The notes: generated from the letters alone by a model not told the origin. 64,000 bases of DNA from Planctomycetota bacterium (GCA_044225365.1 JBGAIQ010000009.1:1-64000); one strand, 5' to 3'. Numbered from the stretch's first letter, positions 49,948 through 59,926 are shown. Numbers and translations: made by a program.

Positions 49948-51243
49948 ATGAACGAATCGCAGCAGCGAGTCGAAGCGGTCTTTCGTATCGAGTGGGCACG
50001 GCTCGTGGCCGGGCTCGCTCGATTCGTTCGCGGCGACCTCGGAGTCGCCGAGGATCTCGCTCAGGACGCGTTCCTTGCGGCGCTCGAGACATGGCCACGA
50101 GACGGGATCCCGCGCGAACCCGGCGCGTGGCTCATGCAGGTCGCGAAGAACCGAGCGCTGAATCGCGTCGATCGCCGGAAGCGCTGGGAGAAGAAGGAAC
50201 CCGAGATCAAGCGGGACCTCGAAGACCGGCAGGAGCGCGCGATCGGAGCGATCGAGGACGCCGCGGATGACGACATCGGCGACGATCTCCTGCGCCTCAT
50301 CTTCGCGTCCTGTCATCCGTCGCTCAGCGCCGAGAGCCGCGTTGCCTTGACGCTCCGCGTCCTGTGCGGTCTCACGACGGAAGAGATCGCGGCCGCCTTC
50401 TTCATCTCCGAAGCCACGGCCGCGCAGCGCATCGTGCGCGCGAAGAGAACGCTCGCGGAGAACTGCGCGGCATTCGAGATTCCGCGAGGGAAGGAGCGCG
50501 CCGCACGACTCGGCTCCGTGCTCGAGGTGATCTACTTCGTATTCAACGAAGGATACGTCGCCACGGCGGGCGCGAGCTGGATGAGGCCCGCACTGTGCGA
50601 GGACGCCCTTCGCCTCGGCCGCATCCTCGCCGAGCTCATGCCGAACGAAGCCGAAGTCCACGGCCTCGTCGCGCTGATGGAGATCCAGTCGTCCCGCACG
50701 CGTGCGCGTACGCAGCTCGACGGCACACCGATTCCGCTCTTCGAACAGAACCGCGCGCGCTGGGACCACTTCCTCATTCAGCGCGGCCTCGCAGCTCTCG
50801 CGCGCGGAGAGTTGCTCGGCGGTCCGCCGGGTGCGTACCTGATGCAAGCAGGGATCGCAGCTTGTCACGCGCGGGCCCGAACACCCGAAGACACGGACTG
50901 GCGCCGCATCGTCGCGATCTACGATCGACTCGCAGCGACGACGCCTTCGCCCATCGTCGAACTGAATCGCGCGGTCGCGATCTCGTTCGCGGTCGGCCCC
51001 GCGGCGGGACTGATGATCGTCGACGAGCTCACGAAGCTACCGGAGCTCGTCGATTATCATCTCGTGCCGGCAGTGAGAGCCGACTTCCTATCGCGCCTCG
51101 GGCGACGGGAGGAGGCGCGAACCGAGCTCGAACGAGCCGCCCTTCTCACCAAGAACGACCGTGAACGCGAATTGCTGATCGAGCGAGCGAAGAGATTGCG
51201 TGGCGGCGACGGCGTCCAAAACGAGGGTGATTTCCCGTCATGA
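49948..51243 (+). CDS. ECF42-type RNA polymerase sigma factor with C-terminal TPR/DUF6596 extension
   Basis: AEDLAQDA, LRLIFASCHP, QRIVRAK, FNEGY, LNRAVA. Confidence 0.93.
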   Translation: MNESQQRVEAVFRIEWARLVAGLARFVRGDLGVAEDLAQDAFLAALETWPRDGIPREPGAWLMQVAKNRALNRVDRRKRWEKKEPEIKRDLEDRQERAIGAIEDAADDDIGDDLLRLIFASCHPSLSAESRVALTLRVLCGLTTEEIAAAFFISEATAAQRIVRAKRTLAENCAAFEIPRGKERAARLGSVLEVIYFVFNEGYVATAGASWMRPALCEDALRLGRILAELMPNEAEVHGLVALMEIQSSRTRARTQLDGTPIPLFEQNRARWDHFLIQRGLAALARGELLGGPPGAYLMQAGIAACHARARTPEDTDWRRIVAIYDRLAATTPSPIVELNRAVAISFAVGPAAGLMIVDELTKLPELVDYHLVPAVRADFLSRLGRREEARTELERAALLTKNDRERELLIERAKRLRGGDGVQNEGDFPS

Positions 51244-51579
51244 CTCCGGATCGAACATGAACTCGCGCAATTCCTGCGCGCAGCGGCAGGCCGCCGCGAT
51301 CTTGGCCGCCCAGGTAACGGCTTCCTCGCGCGACGGCAGCTCCAGGATCGCATACCCGCCCTCGATGGCCCGCGTCTGCGGGTAGGTGCCCGCCGCAACG
51401 GTTCCATCGCTCGCGATCATGACAGGCGGCACGGACTCGTTGATTCCTCCCCCGAAGATCCACACTCCCGCGGCCTTCGCTTCTCGGACGACTGCATGGG
51501 CGGCGGCCGATACGTTCGGGAGTTCCTCCGCGGGAACCGTCATCGCACCGCTCGGGAACGAGATCAGGTACTTCGTCAT
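51238..51579 (-). CDS. YciI family protein
   Basis: AKAAGVWIFGGG, WAAKIAAACRCAQELREF. Confidence 0.88.
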   Translation of the reverse strand: MTKYLISFPSGAMTVPAEELPNVSAAAHAVVREAKAAGVWIFGGGINESVPPVMIASDGTVAAGTYPQTRAIEGGYAILELPSREEAVTWAAKIAAACRCAQELREFMFDPES

Positions 51580-51586
51580 CTTCAAC

Positions 51587-52069
51587 TCAATTCATTGGCT
51601 GTCGACGTTCGGTATCGGCAGGGGGAAGAGCAACTCGCCCGAGCCGCTCCGCCAGCGCGACGAGGATTCCCTCTGGCCCACGGATGTAGGCCAGGCGATA
51701 CGCGTTCTCGTATTGCATCTCGCCAATGAGTTCTGCCCCGTGCGTCCTCATGTGCGCGACGATCGCGTCGATGTCCTCGACGGCGAACATGAGGCGACGG
51801 ATTCCGAAGGTATTCACCGGAGCGTCGACGGGACCGAATCGGATCGCGTCAGGGGTGTGGAATTTGTCCAATTCGATGCCCTGACCGTCGGGAGTTCGCA
51901 GCATCGCGACCGTGGTCCGAACGTCGTCGAGACCGATCAGCTTTCCTACCGCCGGCCCCTCGACGGTCGTCTCGCCCTCGAAGACGAGGCCCAATTCGAT
52001 GAAGAAGTCCTTGGTGGCTTCGAGATCGTCGACGACGATGAGGACGTTGTCCATTCGCCCGAGCTTCAT
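51587..52069 (-). CDS. VOC family protein
   Basis: MDNVLIVVDDL, YIRGPEGI. Confidence 0.92.
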   Translation of the reverse strand: MKLGRMDNVLIVVDDLEATKDFFIELGLVFEGETTVEGPAVGKLIGLDDVRTTVAMLRTPDGQGIELDKFHTPDAIRFGPVDAPVNTFGIRRLMFAVEDIDAIVAHMRTHGAELIGEMQYENAYRLAYIRGPEGILVALAERLGRVALPPADTERRQPMN

Positions 52070-52102
52070 ATCGGTTCACTCCAAGACTCGTGACGGTGTC
52101 CT

Positions 52103-52486
52103 TCAGTCCGTGACGACAGCCACGCGGGAGACGACGCCGCTGGAATCGAAATCGATCGCCAGCCATTCGTAGTCGATTTGAACAACGCCGCGCTCGGGAC
52201 CAAGGACGTAGATCAAGCCGTGGTCGCGGAACTTGTCCGTCGACGTCGGCACGCCCAGTAGCGAGACTACCTCGCTTCGGGTCATGCCCTTCAGTCGGCC
52301 ACTCGCCGCGAGGCCATCGGCGACGCGATAGCGCGTTCGAAGCGTCGTCCCGTGTTCGGAATCCGCATTCCACCACGCGGCGACGAAGGGCAATGGACAA
52401 CGAAACACAGCCCAGTACGCAGCGACCGACACGACGACTGCACCCACGATCACGAGACCGCGCGCCGAGGGTTTCGCAGAGTGCAT
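52103..52486 (-). CDS. membrane-anchored SmpA/BamE-like hypothetical protein
   Basis: TM segment then GMTRSEVVSLLGVP. Confidence 0.7.
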   Translation of the reverse strand: MHSAKPSARGLVIVGAVVVSVAAYWAVFRCPLPFVAAWWNADSEHGTTLRTRYRVADGLAASGRLKGMTRSEVVSLLGVPTSTDKFRDHGLIYVLGPERGVVQIDYEWLAIDFDSSGVVSRVAVVTD

Positions 52487-52694
52487 ATTCGTGAGGGCCA
52501 AATTCGCCTCCAGAACCGCAACTGTACGGCCCGATCGTGGACATGGCGAGAATCGAGTGCAGGGAACGGGTCGACGTCGATCGCGACCTCTACGTTTTCG
52601 CGGGCTCGACGGCGCTCGAGGCACGATCGTCACTTCGTCACTGCCAGGAAGTCTTGCGGAGCAGCAGCGAGAGACTTGGCGTCCGGGAGACAAA

Positions 52695-53033
52695 TCATCT
52701 CATGGCGAGAACTACGAAGATGCCGATGCCCACGAGCGCCAGCAAGACGGAAACGGCGACGAGCCCTCGGCGGCGTCGATCGCCCTGATAACGGCTCCAA
52801 CCTTCGACATCCAGAAAGTAACGGCCGTCAGCCGTTCGATGCACTGCGCCTCGACTCGTCAAGCTCTCGAGGCGGCGCCTTTCGAGCGATCGATCGAGGG
52901 ACAACGGGATCGCCGACTCCGTGGTGAAGGCGCGGGCCTCCTCGAATCGCTGACGGATCCGCGCCTCGGCCCGCCGCATTGCGGCGACGACGATCAACGG
53001 AACCAGACTCGGAATCAAAGCGGCGGCACTCAT
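52695..53033 (-). CDS. small membrane hypothetical protein
   Basis: GRYFLD and C-terminal TM; AGGAG RBS. Confidence 0.7.
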   Translation of the reverse strand: MSAAALIPSLVPLIVVAAMRRAEARIRQRFEEARAFTTESAIPLSLDRSLERRRLESLTSRGAVHRTADGRYFLDVEGWSRYQGDRRRRGLVAVSVLLALVGIGIFVVLAMR

Positions 53034-53109
53034 TCCACTGCTCCTCGGAGAATTCGATGTCCATGTCCCATCGGATCCACCCGCAGCCAAGCCCTCTTGA
53101 CGCTCAAAT

Positions 53110-53706
53110 CTACGACACTACCGCTACATCCACGAAATTCACGAATTCAGGAACGACTCGCATCAGCCACCCGCGTCCCCGAGCGGAGATGTAGTTGTAG
53201 CGGGTCTCCGTCCCCCGGAAGAAATCGACTCCCGTCCAGCTGGACTCGTTGACCACGATCGAATCGTCTCGACGAATCTCCGTAACAGCCGTGTCGAGCC
53301 GGAGCGCCCACAGAACACCGAGCTGCGACGCAGTATCGGCACAGTGGGGCCTATCCAGTATGTACCCCTCGGGTTCCCCGTCCTCAGGGTACTCCACGGG
53401 TTCCTCCGCGAGGCGATCCCAGAGATGCCAATCCAAACGAACGATTCGAGCTTTTTGGACGGGAACGTAGCCGAGGCCTGTCAATCCAGAACGGTTGAGC
53501 AAGTGACTCAACGCGGCCGTCACGATGACGTCTCCGACACCAGGGAATGAGATCGGAGGAATGAACGGTCCGGTTCGCTCAAGCTGGACCAGAGCTTCCG
53601 AAGAACGCCCGAGGTGCGCCGTCATCCCGTGCACGAGAATATCGCCGTAGTCACCCCACGGAGCGCTTGGCGCCTCGAATCGGAAGAATCTCTCCGTCAT
53701 CGGCAT
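53110..53706 (-). CDS. hypothetical protein (immunity-like)
   Basis: LERTGPFIPP, GEPEGYI, WTGVDFFR. Confidence 0.72.
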   Translation of the reverse strand: MPMTERFFRFEAPSAPWGDYGDILVHGMTAHLGRSSEALVQLERTGPFIPPISFPGVGDVIVTAALSHLLNRSGLTGLGYVPVQKARIVRLDWHLWDRLAEEPVEYPEDGEPEGYILDRPHCADTASQLGVLWALRLDTAVTEIRRDDSIVVNESSWTGVDFFRGTETRYNYISARGRGWLMRVVPEFVNFVDVAVVS

Positions 53707-53885
53707 GCGTATCCTTCACGATGGGACCGTAGGCCTGCAGCTCGCGAAATCCCGCAATCGATTCGAGATCGCACGCGTTGCTCGGGCTTTGGCGCCTGAA
53801 TCCGACCGCGCTGCGAGAACCAATCAGGATCCCACTGCTACCGACGATTGCCGATCGGCGCTCGATCCCGGTACGACTCGATTCG

Positions 53886-54347
53886 CTACGCCCCTTGGTA
53901 AGCCCTCTCGAGGGCGGCGACGTCGAGCTTCACCATCGTCATCATGGCAGCCATCACGGCCTTTACCTTCGTAGGGTTCTTGTCGCCGATCAGTTCCATG
54001 AAGCGCCGCGGGACGATCTGCCACGAGATGCCGAACGGATCCTTGATCCAACCGCACGCGGTCGGCGCGGCGCCAGCCTTGACCAGCTTGTCCCAGTACA
54101 AATCGACTTCGGCCTGGTCCTTGCAGTCGACGTAGAACGAAATGCCTTCCGAGAAGCTGAAGTAGGGCCCGCCGTTGTAACCCATGAAGACCTGGCCACC
54201 CACGACGAACTCAGCGGAGGCGATCGGACCGTCCTTCCCATTGCGAGCCACGCTCCGAATCTGGGAGTCCGGGAAGGTGGCCATGTAGAACTCCATGGCC
54301 GCCTCGAGCTGATCGTTGAACATCAAGAAGGGTGTCACCTTGCCCAT
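53886..54347 (-). CDS. VOC family protein (PhnB-like)
   Basis: VTPFLMF, YNGGP, CGWIKDPFGISWQI. Confidence 0.92.
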   Translation of the reverse strand: MGKVTPFLMFNDQLEAAMEFYMATFPDSQIRSVARNGKDGPIASAEFVVGGQVFMGYNGGPYFSFSEGISFYVDCKDQAEVDLYWDKLVKAGAAPTACGWIKDPFGISWQIVPRRFMELIGDKNPTKVKAVMAAMMTMVKLDVAALERAYQGA

Positions 54348-54418
54348 CGCCCACGGTCCTTTGTTGAAGAAGCATTGGAAGCGGGAACAGCGTACCCGCT
54401 TCGAGACGTTCGAGAGTC

Positions 54419-54465
54419 AGGACTCCTCGACGATTCGATGACTCGATGACTCGATGATTCGACGC
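54419..54465 (+). repeat. 8-bp microsatellite (YTCGAYGA)n, about 4-5 copies
   Basis: ctcgacga ttcgatga ctcgatga ctcgatga ttcgacg. Confidence 0.6.
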
Positions 54466-54487
54466 TCGACGACGGCCACCCGATGGC

Positions 54488-54967
54488 TCACGGAGAAGGC
54501 GGGATGTAGCGAACGAGGACGACGCGACCGTGGTAGCTCGCTCGCGCAACCTCTTCGGCGATGAGTGCCTGGACGGCCGCTTCATCGCCGCCGCCGGTTC
54601 CCGCACCGATCAGCGGCATGCCGACGGAACGAAGCCCGTGTTGATTCGCGAGGCGCAACGCGTTCGCTACCGACTGCCGGATCGAAGTCCGTGACGACCG
54701 CCAGAGCATGTCGATTCCGGCAACGTGATGGATCGCCTTGAACGGTAGTTTGCCGGCACCGGTGAGAACCGCCCCGCCGAGTGGGATCGCTCCATGACGC
54801 GCGAGCTCCCTGAATGGTCCGTACCCCGCTCGTTTCTTGATGGCGGCCGATACGCCCCGAGGAATCAGGAGCCACCACGGGATGATGTTGCGATTCCATG
54901 CGTTGACGATGACATCAACGTCTTGATGGAGAAGATCCCCGTCCACGAGTTCGAGGATTGGCGGCAT
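54488..54967 (-). CDS. macro domain protein
   Basis: GDLL..VDVIVNAWN, GVSAAI, PLIGAGTGG. Confidence 0.92.
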   Translation of the reverse strand: MPPILELVDGDLLHQDVDVIVNAWNRNIIPWWLLIPRGVSAAIKKRAGYGPFRELARHGAIPLGGAVLTGAGKLPFKAIHHVAGIDMLWRSSRTSIRQSVANALRLANQHGLRSVGMPLIGAGTGGGDEAAVQALIAEEVARASYHGRVVLVRYIPPSP

Positions 54968-54976
54968 GCGTCGGTG

Positions 54977-55303
54977 TTATACCTTGGGAGCGGCGTGAGG
55001 ATGAAATTCGACGAGCTCATAAATGAACTCGCTCATACACGATTGACAGTTCGGGCAAACGATTCGACCTCGTGCGAACTCCTGTGCGCGCACACCGCAG
55101 CCGGGACAGTACCATTCACCGCCCCATCGAAACGCAATGTCGGGAAAGGCAATGTCGCGCTCGCTGGGTCGGCGCGATTTCGACACGTAGCAATCGGTCA
55201 ACCGCGACGCCATCACCTTGGACAGTCCCATTCCGCCCGCGACGCAGGTCAGTTCGCCCTGGATATCGACCAGTCGATCGCCGCACCGGGGGCAGAACAG
55301 CAT
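54977..55303 (-). CDS. small Cys-rich zinc-ribbon hypothetical protein
   Basis: CPRCG, CPGCG, CPNC. Confidence 0.7.
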   Translation of the reverse strand: MLFCPRCGDRLVDIQGELTCVAGGMGLSKVMASRLTDCYVSKSRRPSERDIAFPDIAFRWGGEWYCPGCGVRAQEFARGRIVCPNCQSCMSEFIYELVEFHPHAAPKV

Positions 55304-55317
55304 CGAGACGGCTCGAG

Positions 55318-55827
55318 TCAAAGCTCGCTCCTCCATCGCAGGAACTCGACGGCGACCTGAGGCGTCAACTCCAACGCCGCTTCCGCGATGGCGACTTGCC
55401 CCTTCGCAGCGGCAAGTGCGGCCATACAACAGGCCGTGAAATCCGCCTCCCATGGACGAACCGCGGCCGAAGCAATGATCGACGGCAGTCGATTCAGTGC
55501 TGCGAAGTAGGCAGACTCGAGGTCCGTTGGGATCGGCGGCCCGCTCTTGATGCGACAGATCTCGACCCACGCAGGGAATAGAAAGTAGCCATGGTCCGCT
55601 CGATCGGGCGCACGAGACAAAGATCCAATGATATGCGGAACCGCTGCGTACGAACCCGTGTAGACATCTCCTTGGTGCGCGAGCGCGCTCCAGAGACTGA
55701 ACCAAGGCTCCGAATTCCCCGAGGACGATGGAACCTCGGAGATCGCGCCCAACCACCCAGGAACGTCGGACGCATTGCCGTATGCGTGGCGGAGTTGGCC
55801 CCAACGGCGGCTTTTCAACTCGAGCAA
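55318..55827 (-). CDS. hypothetical helical protein
   Basis: WGQLRHAYGNASDVP..LAHQGDVY..SYAAVP. Confidence 0.8.
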   Translation of the reverse strand: MLELKSRRWGQLRHAYGNASDVPGWLGAISEVPSSSGNSEPWFSLWSALAHQGDVYTGSYAAVPHIIGSLSRAPDRADHGYFLFPAWVEICRIKSGPPIPTDLESAYFAALNRLPSIIASAAVRPWEADFTACCMAALAAAKGQVAIAEAALELTPQVAVEFLRWRSEL

Positions 55828-55963
55828 GGTTCACCTCGATGGTTGCATCGCATTGCCGCTACCCGGCGAGCGGCGGTGCGAGTGTACCGTCTCATTCGTC
55901 CGCATCGTCATGGTCCTAATTGCGCGGTCCGCTGAAAGAGTCGGCCGAGCACAAGGACCAAGG

Positions 55964-55987
55964 GTCAGTTACAGCACTCGGATAGGG
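55964..55987 (-). other. degenerate attC-like half site (R''/L'')
   Basis: + strand GTCA GTTACAGC ACTCG GATAGGG, 7 bp after a stop codon. Confidence 0.4.
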
Positions 55988-55994
55988 CAAAGCG

Positions 55995-56528
55995 TCACTT
56001 GCGTGTCCACCGGACCACGTTGAGCAACGCCCTGTGTGGCAGGGAGAATTCGCAAGCATCGAGCGAGTACTCGCCCGGTTCGACGCGCACTAAGAGCGCA
56101 TCACCTATGCACGCGACGTCCCGATCGGGGTCGATCGCCAAATCAGCAAGTACGCAGGCGGCGTGGAAGAGGAGCAACTTGCCCGACGCGGCAGTAATGG
56201 TGCCGAGCGGCGTCCATGAGCAGAGAGGGTCGGTGAGGAGTCGCGGGAGTTCATGAACGACGTCGTCGTTCGCGAAGACGCACCCGACCAAGAAGAGGGG
56301 ACCATCGGGCGCACGAAGCCACCAGGCCGTCCCGAGTCCTTCATCCGCGTCGATCACGACTCCGGCGTTCGTCGCGAGACGCACCAGACCAGCCGGATAA
56401 CCCGCTTCGCATGCGCGGCGATAGTCCGACTCATCGTCGGGTTGCTCCCCTCCCGTCCAGAGGGTGGCGGCGCGAGCGTCGAGCGCGATGAGTGGCCCGC
56501 CGTCATTGGCGAAGACTCGTTCGCTCAC
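55995..56528 (-). CDS. Imm21-like immunity protein
   Basis: GGPLI..W.G..SDYRRAC..VEPGEY; GTGA overlap. Confidence 0.75.
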   Translation of the reverse strand: MSERVFANDGGPLIALDARAATLWTGGEQPDDESDYRRACEAGYPAGLVRLATNAGVVIDADEGLGTAWWLRAPDGPLFLVGCVFANDDVVHELPRLLTDPLCSWTPLGTITAASGKLLLFHAACVLADLAIDPDRDVACIGDALLVRVEPGEYSLDACEFSLPHRALLNVVRWTRK

Positions 56529-57484
56529 GCCCCGATTTCCCCTGTCAGCCGTTGGCCCGAGCAGGCCCCACGTCGCCGTGCCGCGCGCAATAGCAGCACG
56601 ACCGCGACCGATGTCGACGCCATCACCAGCCACGAACTCTCGGGACCGAACATTCCACCGGTCAGCCAGTCCGGCCCGGCATAGCGGCTCTCGAGTGGCG
56701 CCAATTTGCGCCAGTCCTCGATTCCGGAGAGCGGCACGCCCGCGAGGAGTATGGTGAAGTTCCATGCCGCGTGATGCGCGGCCACCGCCCATAGGTTACG
56801 CGTCAGGATGAACACCGCGGCCCAGAGAAGGCCCGTCAAGATCACTGCGATCAACATCGTCACCAGATCGAAAGCCCCGCCTTCCGCAACGTTCTCCACG
56901 TGTTGCAGGGCGAACGCCACCGCCTGCACCACCAGCGCCACCTTCGTTCCCCCGGCTCGCTCCACGACGCGGAACAGCAGACAGCGAAATGTCAGCTCTT
57001 CCAAGGTGGCCGCGATGCAGAGGAAGGCGGCTACGCCGAACAGGGCCGGCGAGAAGCCGCGAAACAGCACCCGTTCGTACACGCCCAGTGCGAACAGGAT
57101 AGCGATCGGCAGCCCTACCATGGCTGCACCGCTCGCTGCGCCGAGCATCAGGTGAATTGGCCGCAGACGCAGCTCGGTCGCTTCGCGCTTCTCATGCCAG
57201 TGAACGAATGCCCAGTAGGACCCCACCGCCGTGAGAAGGATGCCGACGCGCCGGACGACACTGAGCCATTCGGCGCATGGATGAAAGGCTGCGTCGATCA
57301 GCGGCAGCAGGCCCTTTCGGAAGATCAGCATCGAGCCAAGGATCGCCACCCCACCCAGCAGCAGGGAGCCGAGCATACGACCGGCGACTCGGATACGACC
57401 TCGCGCACCGCTTTCCGTTACAAGCCGAACGGTGCCGCTCGTCTTTGCATTCTCGGGGTCGACCCGCGGATCTTGATGCTTCAT
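56525..57484 (-). CDS. CPBP/CAAX (Abi) intramembrane glutamic endopeptidase
   Basis: EELTFR, FALQH, HAAWN, TGGMFGPE. Confidence 0.92.
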   Translation of the reverse strand: MKHQDPRVDPENAKTSGTVRLVTESGARGRIRVAGRMLGSLLLGGVAILGSMLIFRKGLLPLIDAAFHPCAEWLSVVRRVGILLTAVGSYWAFVHWHEKREATELRLRPIHLMLGAASGAAMVGLPIAILFALGVYERVLFRGFSPALFGVAAFLCIAATLEELTFRCLLFRVVERAGGTKVALVVQAVAFALQHVENVAEGGAFDLVTMLIAVILTGLLWAAVFILTRNLWAVAAHHAAWNFTILLAGVPLSGIEDWRKLAPLESRYAGPDWLTGGMFGPESSWLVMASTSVAVVLLLRAARRRGACSGQRLTGEIGA

Positions 57485-57685
57485 GTCGCTGCTCAGATGC
57501 GGTGCGCGGCGAACGGAGCGCGGCACGCGCTCGGCGGCGTCGGCGGTGCGGAGAATATAGGATTCCGTGAACGAGCTCCAGCATGGACGGGCGGATGGGG
57601 ATTCGACTCTGGCCGGACAGCCTCTTGCCCTATATCCCCGATGCCCCGATGCCCTACAGCACACGCTCGGCAGCAGACCGGAGCG

Positions 57686-58252
57686 CTACTTGGATTGGAA
57701 CATCCAACGAATTCCGTACCGGTCGTTCAGTGCGCCGTAAAGGCCGAACGGCTGTTCAACGAGCGGATCCGTGACGTTGGCTCCATCGGAGAGCTTCGTG
57801 AAGGCGGCCTTGATCTCGTCTCTACTTCCACCGCTGAGGTAGAGGCACACCGTATTGCCTTGAACGGGGGTCTCCGTCGGTCGCAGCCAGTCGGAGGCCG
57901 AGATGTCCGCGAGGTCGCTCTTGAGCCTCGCGTTCACGATCCTGCCATGCATCGAGGGCGGGAACATCGACTTCATTGGTGAGTCACCCACGGAAGTCAT
58001 TACCAATTCCCCACCGAGCGCCTCGTGATAGAAGGACATGGCGTCCTTACACGTTCCTGGCAGGAGAAGGTACGGCGTCAAGTGCATGGATTGACTCTCC
58101 AAGTCCGGTTTGTCGGGGGTTGCAGTGGCGACGCCGCTGGCGGTCGTCATCGCGGGCTGCGTCTCGCTCGACGCAGAACAGCTTACGATGACCAGACAAT
58201 TCAGAAGCGCCGCGATTCTGATTGCTCGAAGGCGGATGGACGATAGGGGCAC
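57686..58252 (-). CDS. VOC (PhnB-like) protein, probably with a lipoprotein leader (alternative start 58087)
   Basis: LTPYL..CKDAMSFY, DRYGIRW; in-frame IVSC lipobox. Confidence 0.8.
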   Translation of the reverse strand: MPLSSIRLRAIRIAALLNCLVIVSCSASSETQPAMTTASGVATATPDKPDLESQSMHLTPYLLLPGTCKDAMSFYHEALGGELVMTSVGDSPMKSMFPPSMHGRIVNARLKSDLADISASDWLRPTETPVQGNTVCLYLSGGSRDEIKAAFTKLSDGANVTDPLVEQPFGLYGALNDRYGIRWMFQSK

Positions 58253-58324
58253 AGTTGACTCCGGGGGCGATCGATACGAAACCGTTGTCTGCCGACCACT
58301 CGGCAGCGTAGCACGCGAGGCCGC

Positions 58325-58348
58325 GTCGGCTGCGTGCTGTTGTTTCCT
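58325..58348 (-). other. degenerate attC-like half site
   Basis: + strand GTCG GCTGCGTG CTGTT GTTTCCT. Confidence 0.35.
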
Positions 58349-58367
58349 GGACGTCCGCGATGCGCTT

Positions 58368-58830
58368 CTAGAGAATAGCAACGATGACCTCCCTGTTTCG
58401 CTTTACGGCGACGAATCTGGGCGCGTGTCCTAGCGCGTCACGACTGGAGGCTGCCCCGTGATCGAGTAAGACGACCGCCTTCTCGATCCTACCACTTCGT
58501 ACGGCGTTCTACAGATGCGTAGCGCCCTCCCGCGATCGCACGTCGACCGGCGAAGCCCGCTCGAGAAGCAAGGTCAGGATTGCAAGATCCTGCGACACGA
58601 GTGCCCCATGCAGCGGTGCGGGGCCGCCACTCGCGCGCAGTCGATGGGGACGCCAGCGGCCAAGTGCTCGTCCATCGCAGGCGTGCTCGCGCGCGCGGCT
58701 GTGATATGGAGTATGGAGCGAGTCTTGTAGGGGGCAGTCCGGAATAGGCCGAACGAGATCGAGCGGAGTGGCGGCCGGTAAACCCCGCCGATCGCACGCG
58801 TTCACGTCCGCTCTGTGATCGAGTGCGCTT
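58368..58830 (-). pseudogene. ankyrin-repeat pseudogene
   Basis: LDHRADVNACDRRG, PLHGAL..LLLERASPVD..GATHL*NAVRSG..LLDHGA; internal TAG at 58509 and probable frameshifts. Confidence 0.7.
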
Positions 58831-58884
58831 CTCCTTCGGCATCCGTTCTCGGCCGAGTTCTTCCACGGGCTGTTCGCCGCCTGT

Positions 58885-59154
58885 CTACCCATCCAGCCAT
58901 GGTCCCTTCTCCCACTTGGGCCCTTCCGCCGACACTTCGAGAATGCGAGTGCGAGAGAGTTGGCGCCAGGGTGTCTGACTCGCGTCGTACTCGACGATTT
59001 CATACTTTCGGCCGCAGGTCTTCCACGTCGTGCACGGTGCGGCGTTCGGGGGCTGGTCCCACGGCATCTCGGCGCGCCGGCGAACTTCGGCAAGAGCGTC
59101 GTCGAAGGTGCCGAACTCACCGATCTGTTCAGCGTGAGATTCGTCTTCGATCAC
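58885..59154 (-). CDS. hypothetical protein
   Basis: VIEDESHAE, PWDQPPNAAPCTTWKTCGR; start uncertain. Confidence 0.7.
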   Translation of the reverse strand: MIEDESHAEQIGEFGTFDDALAEVRRRAEMPWDQPPNAAPCTTWKTCGRKYEIVEYDASQTPWRQLSRTRILEVSAEGPKWEKGPWLDG

Positions 59155-59283
59155 GAAAATCGGGACACCTCGCGGGTGCGGCGGGCAACGCGTTGAAAGT
59201 ACCGGCACTCCCCAGTGCGCGCGACTCGGAAAACGCGGTGGACCGCGCTCCGCGCCCATCCGTCCGGTATCCTGCCCGCCATC

Positions 59284-59751
59284 TCAGCCCTGCTCCTCAT
59301 GGATGAGTCTGAACTTCCGATTCAGGTCCACTGTCTTGAACGAGAAATAGAATCCGGAGTATTCCGGGTCGGCGCGATCCGACGCAGGCACGATCCTCTC
59401 CTCCACGGCATCATAATCCACTGCGGAGGCGTAGGTGCCGATGGCTCGCGCTTCTACTGGCTCGGTGTCCACCACGACTCGGTCGCCCTTCCTGAGCCTG
59501 GCCTGCCCACCCCCCGTGAACGGCGCTCCCCACGACGTCATGTAGTGAACGTCCACGTCGTCCAGCGCCTCGTAGATGTCTCCTTTGCGGGGAAAACGCA
59601 TGTCCGCCGGAATAAGGCTGCGCTCGTAATCCCGGGCCCATACCCATTCGGAATGTCCGATCGAGGTCCGCTCGCCGCGCTCCATTTCTGCGCATAGGTC
59701 GTCGATCGTCTTGTTCCAACCGGACGGGGTTGGCGGCACGGAGTTGCTCAT
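59284..59751 (-). CDS. hypothetical protein
   Basis: RFPRKGDIYE, WGAPFTGG; GGAGG RBS. Confidence 0.72.
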   Translation of the reverse strand: MSNSVPPTPSGWNKTIDDLCAEMERGERTSIGHSEWVWARDYERSLIPADMRFPRKGDIYEALDDVDVHYMTSWGAPFTGGGQARLRKGDRVVVDTEPVEARAIGTYASAVDYDAVEERIVPASDRADPEYSGFYFSFKTVDLNRKFRLIHEEQG

Positions 59752-59926
59752 CGAAGCCTTCGCCTCCACGTTGGTCCGCAAGCTCTGAATCGAGAGACAC
59801 CACGCGAAATGGGCCGTCGCTCCCCACATCGAAAGCGCCACGCCCTCGACTCCCTGATGTCGCGTACCGCCGAGCGGTGTGTCGCGTCCGAGAGCATCGG
59901 GTCTCGGGTTGCCTGGATCGCGGCGT

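Noticed and set aside
54963-54982. GTATAAC R''-like box containing a stop codon
   Set aside because: Spacer length is wrong and the next start is 9 bp away; too short to call attC
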